Positions 24,608-38,921 are shown, counted from the whole stretch's first letter. The stretch is 61,051 nt of DNA, filler included, from Sphacelaria rigidula (GCA_964200075.2; 10 parts of 10 records of this genome joined end to end with filler, not necessarily neighbours in it), one strand, 5' to 3'. The notes: generated by a model not told the origin, from the letters alone. Program-made: numbers and translations.

Positions 24608-24938
24608 CTTCTTGGACCTAGCAAATCTCCTCTCGGACTTTTCCACATTATCGGATTTCTCGGACTTTCCGCCCTCCTCCAACTTCTCGGACTTCTTCAC
24701 TGACTTCTCAGACTCCCTCGAATTATTCGTCGGCGTCGTGTGCATTTTGCCCTTCTGTTCTCTCTTGTCGGACGCATGTTGTTGCCCTCCCCCTTGCCCC
24801 ACAACCTTCTGCCTCCGGTGAATTTCGCCTTCATCGCCACTCTCCTCCTCCTCTTCCTCGGATACGGACATGACCGCGGCAGGAGAAACATGTTTACCCG
24901 GGCCCAACGGCACTGCTTTTACATTTCCTTTGTTATCA
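24608..24938 (-). CDS. Exon of the uncharacterised acidic protein (KSEK repeats)
   Basis: ccgtcag|T DNKGNVKAVPLGPGKH...RSKK|gtgtgt; completes the split Arg codon of the previous exon. Confidence 0.65.
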
Positions 24939-26316
24939 CTGACGGGAGGGGGGGGGGGGCATGTGGCAGCGAGGGAGAGGAGGGGAGTGTGATCATGTGT
25001 CCGGGGTGGAGGGGGAGGGGGAGTACCCCAGGAACCGAGCGCCGTCGAGGCAGTGAGCAGGAAACTTTTGACGAGCTTGATGGGGGTATTGATGGGATGA
25101 ATGTTTGGTTGTTGCACATCAAGTAAAACATCTATCACACGCTAGACAGAATTGTGGTCAATAGATGCAACAGACCAAAAAATTGTACTTGGGGAAAAGT
25201 GTAGGCATATTACCGATATTGACCGTATTATTTGTCCAGGGTGTGAAAACATTTGACGAGCGTGATACGGGTACACTGATTCATTGAATGATTGATGGTC
25301 GCACGTTGAATGACCCTCGAGGAATCCGGTCGCGATCACAGGGCAAACATCATCAAGACTTCGGAGACTTTGATAACTTTTTTCCCCCCCCAATATTTTC
25401 TTGTGTCTTCACTTGTACTTTTCCCTCTCTTCCTCGGGACAAGTCCACGATCTCAAGGAAACAAACAACCCGGGTGTTCCTCGGTACACTTCTCACGTTT
25501 GGGTATCTATCGCGGATTACGCATCAGCACTCTGACACTGCGTCCACTACCATCTAACAAACTCAGCCGTGGATGCACTTTCCCTTGTCCCTTACTGCTT
25601 ATCCCGCACTGAACTGCCTCACCTGACTCATCACACAGGCAATCGTGCAGGCCAATGTGTTCTGGAATGGCTTCTAGATACTACAACCACCATAAACATC
25701 CGGGAAAATTCTTCCCGCTCCTCAACAAAACATCGCTTCTTCTCGAACACAGAATCACGCCTTTTTTGCTATCACGCACGTCCTGACACCCCCAACGACG
25801 TAAAATCAGATCCTCCTATGTGAAAGAAAAAAATAAACGTAGACGCATCTGGTGGGGAACGAACCGACGTCTACTCCGCCCTAATGGTGTTAATCGTACC
25901 ATTTTATTTCAGACCTCCGGCATGCGCCGGCCTGGTGTATATACATGGTTATCATAGTATCAATGCGGATACGAGCACGTGATCCGACCTTAACACCCGT
26001 GTATTCTCAACACGGTGTCACTTATGACTTGCGCCACGCTGCACAGGGAGGAATGGAACAGTCTTCGATCTCTGGGCCACCGACAACAACGGTGCACAGC
26101 CCAGACGTACAGCAGGTGGTCAACGTTCGAACAGAGAACAGAGGAGTACATCACGTGATCGGGATTAAATGTAGAATGCGTCATTTTTCAGTTGAAATAT
26201 TCACAATCTGTGGACACGGAAGAAACTGGTAGCAACAATAGCTCACAAGTAAAATACGTTCCAATTTTGTTTTGTTGGGTAAACTCGGGGGCGGGTAGGG
26301 GACGCACCCCATATAA

Positions 26317-26680
26317 GCCGGTCGCCAGGGTGGCTCCGTTGGTAACCTCCAAACGTTCTGACGGTTGTGTCGTGGGTTCGAATCTCAGAGCGATCTGGGA
26401 TTTTTTCTCACGCAATGCCCAACAGTGGAGAGTGACTATGTCGTGGGTACACAAAATTCGACTGAATGGTCGACGAGGGAGGGACAGGGACCGCTGAACC
26501 CCTCTCGCCATAAAAAATAAAGGCGAGCACCGCAGAAGGAAGGTGGAGAAGTAAAACAAACAAACAAACAAACAAACAAACAAACAAACAAAAAATCTGT
26601 GTTGGCCTTCCTCACGTGTGACCCCGGCTGATGCGCCCACATATACCCAAAGGTGTAGACCGGCGTCTAAACAGATGGGA
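26317..26680 (+). mobile_element. tRNA-derived SINE-like element, family B; 3' part shared (inverted) with 33010-33210
   Basis: A-box-like TGGCTCCGTTGG and B-box GGTTCGAATCT. The segment gtcgacgaggga...ccccggctgatgcgcccacat is the reverse complement of ~33045-33200. Confidence 0.65.
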
Positions 26681-27236
26681 CGACAAAACACATACGCACG
26701 TTCCGTAGACATGGAAGAAGAAATAGGTCGTTCACGGTGAAAATACTTTCCAACGCTGGGCTGCCAGGAAAGTTTGGAGAAAGAGACGCTTGTTTCAGCG
26801 TGACGGGGGGAGGTGGTATCACCCGTATTTTTTTTATACACCGCGTTTTTTTTACTGTAGGGCAATGGATGGCTAGAAATGACAACACCTGATCCTGGAC
26901 GATTGGTCACCCCAGATGGGTACGATCGAGCCAACGAAATGAAAGAGCAAGAGCCTGGGATTGCATAGTGGCAGGACACGCGCACGATCGGTTAGCCGGT
27001 CACGTCGTTTAGAATTGATCGTCGAATTGATTCTCCTGCCGCAATTCGTTTTCGGGAACTTCAGCACTCCAGATATCTATTCATTCCCAAAAATATGTCA
27101 ATGGCCGTCAACTTCCAAAAACTCCGAGGAGTCGCTGCTAACCGAAAATTCTCGGCTGAATGTTGACTAGTACAGCTCACGCCCGGCATAGTTCCGGCAG
27201 AGGCACACAGACACACGACAAGAAGTCTGTTCTCAC

Positions 27237-28480
27237 CGCTCTTCAAGTCCCGAGCCGACGTCGCCCGCACCGCCGCCAACGTTTCTACTCTTCCCTGCGC
27301 CCGAGCCCTTATCCTCGTCGCTAGAATCCCCGAGGCATACCATCGACTCCCACTCCCTCTGCGAAACAGGCATGAACTCCGGCTTCAATCCCAGAAGCCC
27401 CACGGCCCCTAGGGAGAAAGGTTGTCGTTCGTCATCACACCCATCGTCATCATCACCATCATCATCGTCATCATCATCGTCGACGTCGTCGTCGTCGTCG
27501 TCGCCGTCGCCGCTGCTGTCACTGAGTGCTGCTCCGTCTCTGCCGCGCTGCTGATAACCACCATTATCATCATCATGGCGACGTCTGTGCTCGGTAGCAA
27601 CGCGGCTCTCTGTCCCTTCCTCTTTTCCCCCGCTTCCCTCTCCTGGTCTGTCGTCCTCTCCTGGTCTGTCGTCCTCTTCTGGCCTTCCTTCTCCCTGCAC
27701 CTCCCCTCCTTTTCCTTCACTACAACTCTTACTGCCATCGGCGGATCCGGTGGCATCGACTTCTTTTCCTTTCCCCGCAGCAGCAGCAGCTGCTGCTGCT
27801 GGCACAGCTGCGGCCGGACCCGACTTCAAAGCTGCGTCCAATGACACAGGCGAGATGGACGCCGTCGCGGTGCCCGCTACGGCGAAGCCAATTTCTCCCT
27901 CACCGACAGCAGTGTCGACGTCAACATCCATAGCACTTACACCGCCCCCCTCTCCACCACCTCCACCGTCACCATGATCGGCGTCTTTCTGTCTCACCTG
28001 CAGTTGTGTGATGGACGAGGGTGGAGCACCTCCTATCCCACCACCAACCGCTTCGCCATTACTCGCACCAGCAGACGCCATAGTGTCATCCTTGTGCTCC
28101 CCACCCCCGCCCCCAACCCCATCTACAGCAGGGTCCCTTCCCCGCGGTGCAACAACATCTGAGCGCGCAGTGGCTCCCACCCGCCGCCGGCGACGAGGGC
28201 GGCGGGAGGAGTGCGGAACAACACTGCCACCCACCACATGCTGCTCCCCATTATCATACCGAGAACCTTCTTCTGAGTCAGAGAAGTAATCCCCCCGCTC
28301 GTCTGATGATTCCCCCGGATCAGAGGTGGCTGAGTCAGAATCAGAAGATGCGAACACGCCCGGAGGTGCGTCCGACCAGTATATTTCCGCCGCCGCCTTG
28401 GCCTGCTGTCCACGGCGTCGCCCAGCCTCATTCCGTGCCCCCCTCCCTGCCGCAGAGCCTGCCTCGCTCGAGTCGCCATC
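27237..28480 (-). CDS. Long exon encoding a G/D/E/A-rich disordered region
   Basis: Open for ~414 codons with poly-D, poly-A and poly-G tracts; ends CG|gtgaga, phase-compatible with the next exon. Confidence 0.75.
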
Positions 28481-28587
28481 CTTGTGTCGTGCGGGCGATT
28501 GACGAAACATCAGATATCAGGAAATCGAATCCGCATATCAAACGATGTGTCTGTCCTGCCTTCCAATTTCCCACAGGTTTACCTTAC

Positions 28588-28656
28588 GGATACTGCAAAC
28601 CGGGTCGAGTCTTCGATTCGTGTCAGGTGCTGCAGACCCAGGTCGATCTTGGCTTC
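28588..28656 (-). CDS. Exon of the uncharacterised acidic protein
   Basis: acag|EAKIDLGLQHLTRIEDSTRFAVS|gtaagg; 69 bp, phase 0/0, joins its neighbours in frame. Confidence 0.55.
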
Positions 28657-28894
28657 CTGTTAATACAGGCACGATTTTTGCTCTGTTTGCTGTCGTCGTC
28701 GACGTGATCGATCGTTCTGCACGCCAGAAGCAGACGAAACATATCTTCAAGTGACTTGTTACGTCACGATCTACACTACTACACCTCAAAAATACCAACA
28801 TGTGCCTGCCGTACGGTATGTCAGGCATCGTATCAAAAAGAGCGATATGCGTGCGTGCCGGACACAATCTTGCTACGGTACAGCACATCCTTAC

Positions 28895-29135
28895 CTGGTC
28901 ATTGTCGTCGCTCAACTGGTCGGTATGCTCGTCTGACTCTTCGTCTTCCGACGAGATCGACGACGACGACCCCATCCCACTGTCCGCCCCTTGATAGTTA
29001 GCACCGCCATTACCGAGGGCTCTATATTCAGCGGCGATTTTTGCGCGCTCTGAGCGCTCGGCGCGCTCGATGGCTTTGGAGAGGCGCGGCCCCGCACCCG
29101 CCGTGTAGAACTCGAGGGCTCCATCTTTAGCGACC
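28895..29135 (-). CDS. Exon of the uncharacterised acidic protein
   Basis: Pyrimidine tract, ccag|..VAKDGALEFYTAGAGPRLSKAIERAER...SDDNDQ|gtaagg. Confidence 0.7.
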
Positions 29136-29380
29136 CTGGTGAAATGAAGTAACACATGGCGATGGAAAATGACAGTCGGGGAAAACGAGGGGAAAGGGGG
29201 GGAGGGCGGAGGGCAGCGGGAAAGCGACAGGGGGTAGCACGAGGACAAGCGATGGAGAGGAAAAGCGTAATATAGGTGGGTCATATCCAACGGGCATGGA
29301 AGCGTGCTCGTAACGTACAAAAGACAAGCACCCGGCCGCCAGGCAGACGAAACAAAACAAGAAAAAATAATATTCTTCAC

Positions 29381-29515
29381 CTTCTGGTACAGAGCCCCCC
29401 CCTGTCCCCTCCAATGAGCATACACATGATTGGTTTTCGGCTGCACACACAAGGGTTCGACTTGGGGTTGATTGCCATTTTTGAAAGCACCACTGGGAAC
29501 CCCCGGCGAAGACAA
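29381..29515 (-). CDS. Probable exon of an uncharacterised acidic/low-complexity protein
   Basis: ccag acceptor and AAG|gtgaag donor; 135 bp, open in the phase required by the next exon. Confidence 0.45.
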
Positions 29516-32500
29516 CTGGTGAATAAATGGATTTGTCGGAGCAAGACCCCCAGCAACTTTTATTGTTCAACCGAGCGTACTGAACATGTATGCGCGGGGG
29601 ATGACTGACTGACTTTGGTCAAGAACCATCATAGACCGCAGCTAGGGCCACACACACATATATACACACACACAAACTCACTTGTATTTCTCTCCGGAAT
29701 CTGGATCTTCGATTAGATCATAATCTCCGTCTCCTTCGTCTCCCGAATCTTCGAAGTCCACAGGGTCGACTCTGAGATCGAGATACGATACAGGAGAAGA
29801 ATTACATACGTTTTTGCAAAACTACGACGACGAGTAAATACAATATACATACGATACATCAGGTTGTTACTGCTCGAGTGTTGCAATAGGCAATCGGACT
29901 GCGAGTGCTGAGAGTGATACAAATCAGGCTTGTTGAATGCACGAAGGAGCCGGTCAGTCAGTCGTCAGTCGGTCACTTTGAGGCGCTGATGAAAGCTGCA
30001 ATTTTCACTCGAATGCTCGCTCATGGTATCAATTCGACACAATCGTTCACACCGCTCGCCACGCCACGTTTTCACATCCACATGCGAACAAGCCTAGGTG
30101 AGTGCGCCGAGTTATTCAACACACCCATTGATTGGTTGATTAGTTGCCTGATTGATTGTCGCACATTCAAGTCAACACAGAGAGAATCCACCGCGGTCAC
30201 GAAATAGATATACCCAACGTTAACAAAAGGAAAACCTCAATAAACAAAGAGAAGAAGGTGAAGAAACCATAAAACGAAAGGACAAATTAAGGTAGTAGTA
30301 ACCTGATGAACCAAAACCAAATCAAACAGGAAGGGAAAGGAAAGAAGCGGAAAGGAACAACTTGAGAAAAAAAAGAGATGGCCTCCTGTTATTCATGAGG
30401 GGAAAATGTGGGACGTGAACGGAGGTGGCATGAAATCGTTTGATGCATTAGACGGCAGGGAGAAAACGATGGCTATACNNNNNNNNNNNNNNNNNNNNNN
30501 NNNNNNNNNNNNNNNNNNNNNNTTAATTAATTAANNNNNNNNNNNNNNNNNNNNNNNNNNNNNNNNNNNNNNNNNNNNAAGTTGATGCTAACGCGATGTA
30601 TTCATCTCCAGAGAATGTTCACGCAAGTCATCGCCCAGGAGAGAACACACATCACATATAAAGGCCCCTGCTTCTATTCAATTTATTACCGGCAAAAACA
30701 AAAATCACCGGCATATTGATATCTAACAACCGCACTACTACTAGCTGAATTGATTGGCACAACGTGAGTGCCGCTCGTCGATGTACTATATAAGAAAATA
30801 CATGCAATAAATGCAACGTCAGACGCTTGCAGATGTTGAGCCTGCCCTCAGACCGCCATGTATATGCGACTGCGGGAGTGATTTGCGAGTAAACTCAGAA
30901 CAAGTGCTGTATTCATCTCGGTATACTGCAAGCTCACTGTACCTATCTCCAAAATGGGATGCGTACATATTTGCAGCACTGGCAATAAGAAAAAGTACCG
31001 TAAATGCCGCGGAAGAGAGGGGGGATAGGATGCCGCAGTGAGCGGAGGCGCCGCAGTCACGCCGGAGTAGACGGCCACGTCCTCGACAATATATTACACT
31101 GTCAAAAAGAGTACTGCGAGCAGTATCGACTGTTGCGTCAATTGCAGTAGACAAGAGATTTCATGTTGTACGCACAGGTACGCGGTATATTTTCTGACCA
31201 AGTAATATATTGTCCGGGGTGTGCAAACGAAGTCAGCCGTGCTGCAGTATCGTATATTACTAAATTACTGCTCCGTTAGTACATAAAAAAAGAAACAACG
31301 ATGATACTCGTACCGTATAGCGTGGATACAGCAGTACGCCATGACGCTTGTTACGACAACGACTGACGGCGTGTTTTGGTGTCGTACTGTCGGTCAGCTT
31401 TGCACTTGAACAACGGTGCTTGCACATACCTCGGCGTCCATTGACGAGAGCAGCCACGTGGAGGTGAATCGGTGGACCCGAGTATGGAAGACGAGGCCGG
31501 CTGGATGGAAGAGGGGGACGAGGGAAAAATCAATCCCAAAGATGAACGAGAAACCCCTAGACTTGTTGTCTTTGGCCTAGACATGAGGTTGAGAGCTTTG
31601 GCCTCGAATAAGTGGCCATCCAGCAGACTGTTATTACTGGAAACTTTATAGACCACCGAGTTAAACTGTTGTGGGGAGAGCGTCGCCGCCGCTGCAGCGG
31701 CCGCTGCAGCAGCGCCGCCGAACAACAGTTCGTTGTCAAGGCCCAAGGGTGGCAGCGACGACGACGATGAAGTGGCGTACATTGCAGCACTGTAGCGCCC
31801 GTCTTCGCCGAAAGCATGCTCCCCTTAGATGCGTATGGCCGCGAGAAAACGAGACTATGGCGTCTACAAGGCGTCTAGAATAAATTTCTCCTCTAAATAA
31901 CTAAGCTGAAAGGCTAAGCTCTTGGCGCGCGAGTTCTGCTGCTCTGCACTACGTTGTGCACGCGGTAGTTGGCCGTAGCGCCGTTACCAGCAAAACAGAC
32001 GAAAACAACGAGCAGGGTATTGCGCTGTTGCGCAATTCCAGATTTTCCTGGAGCGCGACATGCAGACCCTATCAGCAGCATTGAGCTTCTTGTTGTGGCT
32101 GTCGTCGTATGTCAAGGTTAAACTCTCTTCTTCTCGCAGTGGTACACATGTTGCTCTGCAGGAGGACGGCGTTACATTTTCACCGACCAATAGCGATCAC
32201 GAGTACGAGAAGTATGATTGACGAGCAAATATTGCACCCTTGTTCGTGTTGGTGATCAAAATCTACAGTCTTTGCGTTTGTGTTGTGAACGCGATCGCAC
32301 AAGCGTGTCTGCAGAACGAGCAGCTACTATGGTGATCGCAGAGAGCAAGATCACTTCGAAAGGCAAGCCACCATCTCGAGCAAAGAATGCGAAATCTGCT
32401 CCGCCTCCTCTTAAGGTGATGATTGTGGCGACAACATCCTGTTGGGGGGTATATCAATAAGCAGGTTACGAGCTGCCGTAATATGGTGAATACTACGGGG

Positions 32501-32759
32501 TATAGAAGGTGATAGTAGGGCGAACGTGCTGCAAATCCTATTGTGTTTACGATGATACCGCCCGAGTCTACCTCTCAAGGAGTACGCGGGATCTACCGGT
32601 ACTTATTTGTGTGTATACGCTGTTGATTGCTCAGGAAGTACTGCACCAATGTTGCGGACTATCAATGAATATATATTTCAGAACAATGTACCTCGGTCTC
32701 ACTGTGAGCTCAAGACCACGGTTGCAAATTATAGAGCAGGCGAAAGCACGAGACAAAAA

Positions 32760-32955
32760 TCTAAGGTTGTGTATCGTGACGACATGCACAATACAATATA
32801 TCGGTCGATACGATATATTGTAGCGTATAGATCGTGTTTCAGCGGGGGGCGTCATATCGCGATATCACACATCGCGATGTCGCGATATGTATTGCGATAT
32901 CGCGATACTCCGCGGGTGTCAAGGTTATGTGTCATCTCGATATGACACACCTGAT
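32760..32955. repeat. Palindromic CGATAT/ATCGCGAT-rich MITE-like segment
   Basis: atatcgcgatatcacacatcgcgatgtcgcgatatgtattgcgatatcgcgata and hairpin gtgtcatctcgatatgacac. Confidence 0.5.
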
Positions 32956-33009
32956 CACATATATAACAGCAGAGTTCCGGAAAATGTTTTGTATTTTATA
33001 GTCAGAGTG

Positions 33010-33210
33010 TGAGTGTTATCACCCCATCTATTTTGGGCGCCAGTCTACACCTTCAGGTGCATGTGGGCGCATCAGCCGGGGTTTCAGAGGAGGAAGGCCA
33101 ACAAAGGAGTTTATTTTTTTATTTCTCCACCTTCCTTCTGCGGTGCTTGCCTTATTTTTTTATCGCGAGAGGGGTTCAGCAGTCCCTTTCCCTCGTCGAC
33201 CGTGAAGTCG
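33010..33210 (-). repeat. Dispersed repeat, homologous to the 3' part of 26317-26680
   Basis: Direct sequence match on the opposite strand. Confidence 0.75.
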
Positions 33211-33546
33211 GGTAGAGTGGAAGGGGAAAACGCTGGTGACGGTGGACGTTCTGCTGTGAAAAAAAGCTCAGTCAACTTCCAGAGTGAGAGTCTGGTTCGG
33301 AGCACTCCACTCTGGAATAGATGTGCCTCGTCACACTTCGTAGCGGAGCGAAAAACAACCACCTCCACCCCCGCCACCACGGTCACAGCCAGTTCGCGAT
33401 CAGTATACCCTGAAATGCAAAGTGGGATATCCATCACAACTGTCATGCTTATCACAATGTGTAGTAGTCAGCATCAGAAGTTTTCAGAATTCGTAGTTGT
33501 TGTAATTTTTGAGTTTTTCTCGAGTACTATTCTTCATTACTACTTG

Positions 33547-34022
33547 AAAGTGCTAGCGCCGGTAGATTTAGGGGGAAAGTCGCGCTCAAACTGCAGTGCC
33601 CAAGTTGGTGTTTTCGGGGCGATACGGACTAGATACCTCGTTTATCATGAGGGTGTTATTGACCGTTTTTGGTTCCATAAGACAGTTTTCCGGCTTTTTC
33701 GCAACAAAACGATAAATATTCCGATGAGTGAATACGTCTACAATTCTTTACAATAACGACCGAGATCGTGTTTCTCTCCTATATTGCACAGACCTCAGTC
33801 TCGCCTTTTCTGCGGATGGCCTCTTTTCGGGGGGTTTTCGCATGGCATTTTTTATGAGCAACTCAAAAGTGCTAGCGTCGACAGTTTTGGCGAAATAAGA
33901 AGACCGTGCTCAAATCACAATGCCCAAGTTGGTGTTGTGGGGGCGATATGAACTAGATACCCCGTTTATCAGGAGGGTGTTATTGACCGTGAATGGTCCA
34001 AGAATCATAGTTTTCCGGCTTC
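33547..34022. repeat. Two ~155-bp direct repeats ~320 bp apart
   Basis: aaagtgctagcg...tgcccaagttggtgtt...ctagatacc.cgtttatca.gagggtgttattgaccgt at ~33547 and ~33866. Confidence 0.8.
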
Positions 34023-34384
34023 AACGCAGTGAATAGGTGGAATTTCAAAAAAATAATCATTTTTGATTCTTCACTTATATGATCGGGGTCGAGTCGGTCT
34101 ACCTAAAATACCGAAAAGGTAAAACCTGGGGTTGCACTTTCGTAGGACCCCCGAAGATGGGTCAAGCCCGTAAGTCACTCAACATTGATCGCAGATATTT
34201 TTTCTTTCAATATTTGTCAAGAGGATCAAAATATCTCCGGGTGCCCATGTTGTGGCATCTAACAGTCACTGTGATGAGCAGTGGCAAGCGAAACAAATTT
34301 GGAAAATCTTTTGAGAAACTAAGAAATTACGAATTCTGCATACTTCTGACGCTGACTACTGTACCTCTGGCGAAGTTGCGACGC

Positions 34385-34580
34385 TTGGCATCGCAATCAG
34401 AGGACCTCAATCAGAGGACCTCCCCGACGCCGCCATGGTATCAGCATTCGCTTGGTTGTGTTGCGTGAAATTCAAATGTTCGGCGGGTACATGATGTTGC
34501 CTTGGGTGCAGCTCCTCACTCTTGCCAGCCTCAGCTGGAAGAAGACGGTGTGAACGATTCGCAGTCTACAGCGCACAAGC
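34385..34580 (+). repeat. Dispersed repeat with an inverted homolog at ~43605-43782
   Basis: ttggcatcgcaatcagaggacctc...tcagcattcgctt.gttgtg.tgcgtgaaattcaaatg matches the reverse complement of the 43.7-kb region. Confidence 0.7.
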
Positions 34581-37500
34581 GGTGCTACACCTGGCTGCAT
34601 TGCCATTCCGTTAGAGTGACCATACCTCACCGTACAGGGCCAAAACGGTGGATATCACCCCTGCATTAACGGTAGAAAGCACCCCCCGGGGACGGCTGTT
34701 CTCGTCCCCTGCGCTACACTGCACCCCTCTCCCGAATCCGAATTCACCCATGTTGTTTACATTAGACTAATGTAATGCGTCATATTTCAAATGTTGGGGC
34801 CCCATGATTTCCCTGTTGTATTGAACTCGAAAATCTCAAAAACTTGGCCTGGAATAGCGGAGAGTTGCCCTACGACCGCAATTTGGACATTTGCAAGATA
34901 AAATTGAAGATTTCACGTAATTCGAAACATCCATACAGAATTTCGAACGTCGCTCGCTTATTCTGCCTTGGACTAGTACAGCATAGACTACGTGCGAACT
35001 CTCACTATCCTCCCAACCAAGGCGCATGCAAAATTACAGATTTTTGTTTGAACCAAGAAGGCGAGCCAGGTTTTGCCGGGTTTATGACGAGGTCCACCGC
35101 CGGGTGTTGTCCTTGTGCTTGGAATGTCTAACGTATGTGACGGCTGTTCTATAGGACCACCGGTGAGTCTTCCTCCGTTAATGCCTCAAATAATCGGCGG
35201 CATTAGATTCCGAGCACGTTCGTACGGCTGTGCCACCTTGTTTGCGCACAAGTCCCCACAATGCAATAAATTGACAGATTGTTTGTCGCACATTACCTGA
35301 TCTCCGAGGGATCTGTTTGTTGTCATTATCCACAGGACATACGTACCCAAGGTAAACAAAACGGAAACGCTCGCAAAATAATACAAGTGGAAAAAAACAT
35401 TGAGATAGAACAAGTACACGGAGTAAACTGAAAAACAAAGACGAAAGCAAACTAAACGGAGTGAACAGAAAAAAACACGGAACAAAAGGAAACGAAACAA
35501 GACGAAACTAAGCAGGAGAAGAGAGGAATGGAGAAGAGCTAGCTAAATAATAACGACAATAATGTTGACGACGACATCAATTTAGAAAGCAACGCCGTGT
35601 AAAAAGGAAGAAGAAATAACATGCACCCGTTTTTCAAGATGGGGCATTTCTTTCTGTGCTTTGCTTTTGTTGACGGTTTCATTTTTTTTTTTTCTACATC
35701 TCGATCTACTTTGTCGTTTTGTTCGACTTTTTTTGGGTTCCTTCTTTTTCTTCAGCCAGTGTTTCAGTTCTGGTTTTCCTGGGTACATCTATCATGTGAC
35801 CACGGCTGGGCCCCTGGGGGGTTAGCTAAGGCGCCACAATCAATACATCAATACATCAAAAGCCGTACACGAAACGAAGCAACGAGGCGGTGGGAGCAGA
35901 TCGAGGCTCAGTTATTTCGGACCAAATTATTTGGGCATCAGCTCTCACCCATGAACCCTACGGAAGCAAGGTACCCAAGTGCTACTGTGTAGCACTGAAA
36001 GGAAAGAGAGAACAGAGAAAAAGGAGAACGAGGAAGCGATGAAACACGAGGACAGAGTAGAGCAGGTACAAAAGCACAATCAGGAAAAGCCGCAAAACCA
36101 TAGGCTTGGGAAAAAATCAACAACCGATAAGAGACGACAGGGGTGGATCAGTTTTTCGTGTTATCCTAGCGTCCCTCGCTCATCCCTAGTCAGGTACAAA
36201 GCGGGATCCTCTCTCGAACGTTTCCATCCTGGATTCCTCGCGGGCTGTTGCTATTTTGTGTCAGCGGTGGCGATTCTCAGATTGGCATCGCTCGATGCGG
36301 CGACCTCTCGTTCGTGGCGAAAGTTCGATTAGAGTTTGTCTTCGCGTCGCCATGTCTCCTCGAAACCTTGTGCCCCTTTCTCGACTCCAAGATGCCATTT
36401 GCTCACGTTCTTTGCTGCGTTGAGCCAATCGTATGCACCCTTCACCTCCACGTCGTAGGCAAACCATTTCCGCCGTGCTCCTTTGCGTGGAAGAGTCCCT
36501 GGTGCATGTAGGTTCTCCTGGAGGCGCCCCCCCCCCCCCCCCCACATAGCAACATGGAGGGGGGGGGTATTTTAAGGGGGAGAAGGAGGCGCGNNNNNNN
36601 NNNNNNNNNNNNNNNNNNNNNNNNNNNNNNNNNNNNNTTAATTAATTAANNNNNNNNNNNNNNNNNNNNNNNNNNNNNNNNNNNNNNNNNNNNTTTCATA
36701 GCATAGTATGTAGCTTTCCTTACCCTAGCGGCTTCGTCTCGCACGAAGCACAGATGTCGGCCTGCGGAGAAAATTATCATGAGCAAGGCAAGTCAGCGTC
36801 CAGCTAGTACTTGATTCGGCACGGTGTGTTACGTTTGGCGGGTATTCGTGTGGTACTTGGAGGAGTAGCGGCTACTGGGGTAGCAGCCGTACGCGTGCTT
36901 CTGTTTTTTCCCCTGTGCACATCTATGATTCGTGGATACATTTCATCTGCAACGTAATTCGAACAAATGCCAACTTTTTAATTTTTATTTTGTATGCACG
37001 GAGTTCCCTCAAAGCGCCACACGTTGTTATGCTGTTCAAGGCCTGCGGCGCAGGGTTTCCGATGTCTCGATGGCGGCTCTGGAACGCCCTCTTCTTCAGC
37101 TCAAGCCAAGAGCTGCGTACTCTGCCTTGCAACCAGACAAACTTACAGGCTGCTTCACGCTTTCGACCTACATTTCACCCATCCATGAACGCTCGCGCCG
37201 AGTTTGAGGGTTGAACTCTGAAAAAACCCGTACATGCAATATGGGGCGTTTCGAAACTTTCGAGGGACGGGTTTTTGTTTTCTTTGCCGGATATTAGGGG
37301 TCCCAGGGTCCTGGAGAGTAACATGCCATTCTTGGAGCCGAAACTAGCGAAGAAGGAAAAATCGTTCGTTAGGGAGTCTCGAAATGCCTCATGATATATG
37401 TCAAATTATTTTCAGTCTTAACTTCAATGATTGGCATGAACGTTTGGACTTTTGTGCATCAGAGTGCGCTTAGAAGGTACAAACTCACAGTTATTTCGTT

Positions 37501-38775
37501 TTAGTATTGAAAAGACTTATAGGAGTACGCCGAGACTCCACGTCACCGACATACCACGGTTTTGGGTATGAGTCGATGCCATGAGAACGGCTATCAAATC
37601 TGTGTTTTTCGTTCGGTTCCCGAGCTGATAGCGGTCACTGCCATGTGAAGCGCGTGGAGAATAGTGAAAATTGTGCTAAGAAATCGCATCATAAATTTCA
37701 GAAGAATATCAAGGTCGCAGCTTGGTCCAGGTATATGTTTGCCCTTTTCCCGCCATTTTTGCCACCACTAGTCTTGAATAAGAACCCGGCTGTCTCACAA
37801 TCTTTCGTTGTTCATGGAGGTCAGCATGACACCATGCATGCGACGATTGGGGGTAGTTGCCCCGGAAAGCACTGGCGGATTAGTGAATTTTAGGTTCAAA
37901 GCATGGACCAGCCTGCTGCATCAATAATAATTCAAGTGGTATTTTCTGATTTCGTGATCCGTGAATCGTTTTTAATAGCATGGGGGAGCGATTCGAATGG
38001 GAAAAAAAACGCGGTCGTGTGATGTGAGAAAGTAGAGAAAACGTAGTAGAATAGGTTTCATTTCTGTCTCGATCGGCGGACTCCACAAAATTATTCAAAG
38101 TTGCCATTCCGAGTCTCTGGTTTCGGTGCCACAAGACTTCGTATCACCCATGATCTCCTCGTTCGCGATATATTGTTCATATCAGCGGGCCTTGATTCGC
38201 GGTCGTGCTGTCTGGGGGGTACTCGGGCTGACCTAGGAAGTAGTGACCAACCTGTGTACACCTTGGTCGTGCGCGAGAAGACGTACGTCTACCTGCGCGG
38301 ACAAAACAACTCGTCACTGAAATCTGACAATATCGTAGACGATTTCGATCCAGATTTTCATTCCTCCTACGCTCTGCACTACTCTACCTGCCCATTTTTA
38401 TGTCGCTGAACGTATGCGATAACTAGCTTAAGAATGCGATGCTCGGGTGTTGTTGTCGCGATGGTACAGGGTAATCGATTCCACCCTCCGGATCCTTCAA
38501 GATTCTCTAGACGCGAAGAGAGAACGAGAGCAGGAGAACTCCAGTCGCAAGACACGAACGGAGCTGTTCAATTTGTCTAGCACACGGGTGAGTGAACTGT
38601 CTCTGACAGTTGTTGAAAATAGTAATTGAACCCGTGTACACTGACGCCCCCGCCTCCGTGTCCCGTATCGTCACGGATGTTTGCTGCTACCCTGGTACAC
38701 GCCAAGTAGAAACAATTCGTATTCAAAATCGTATTTGAAGGTTTTGAGATCATCTGAACGACAGTTTTTTTTTGT

Positions 38776-38921
38776 GATGCCGCCCCCCAAAAAACCAGCC
38801 CAAAATTATGGCAAAGAAAATCGTCATACAGCGCCTGATGTTTTTTCAGGCTGCATGAGGCGCCTCATATGGGCGATATTATTGACGAAAACGAACTCAA
38901 GCGTGGGAATTCCCAGCTGCT
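38776..38921 (-). mobile_element. Second fragment of the Academ-like transposase family
   Basis: ttcaggctgcatgaggcgcctcatatgggcgat...caagcgtgggaattcccagct matches 18175-18248 on another contig. Confidence 0.7.

Noticed and set aside
26188..26985. 265-aa ORF (and the 247-aa ORF at 33013-33756)
   Set aside because: Both run through SINE-like and microsatellite repeats; likely chance open frames.
31351..31782. 143-aa Ala/Ser-rich ORF as a gene
   Set aside because: Low complexity with no recognisable domain or partner exons; it could be real but is unsupported.
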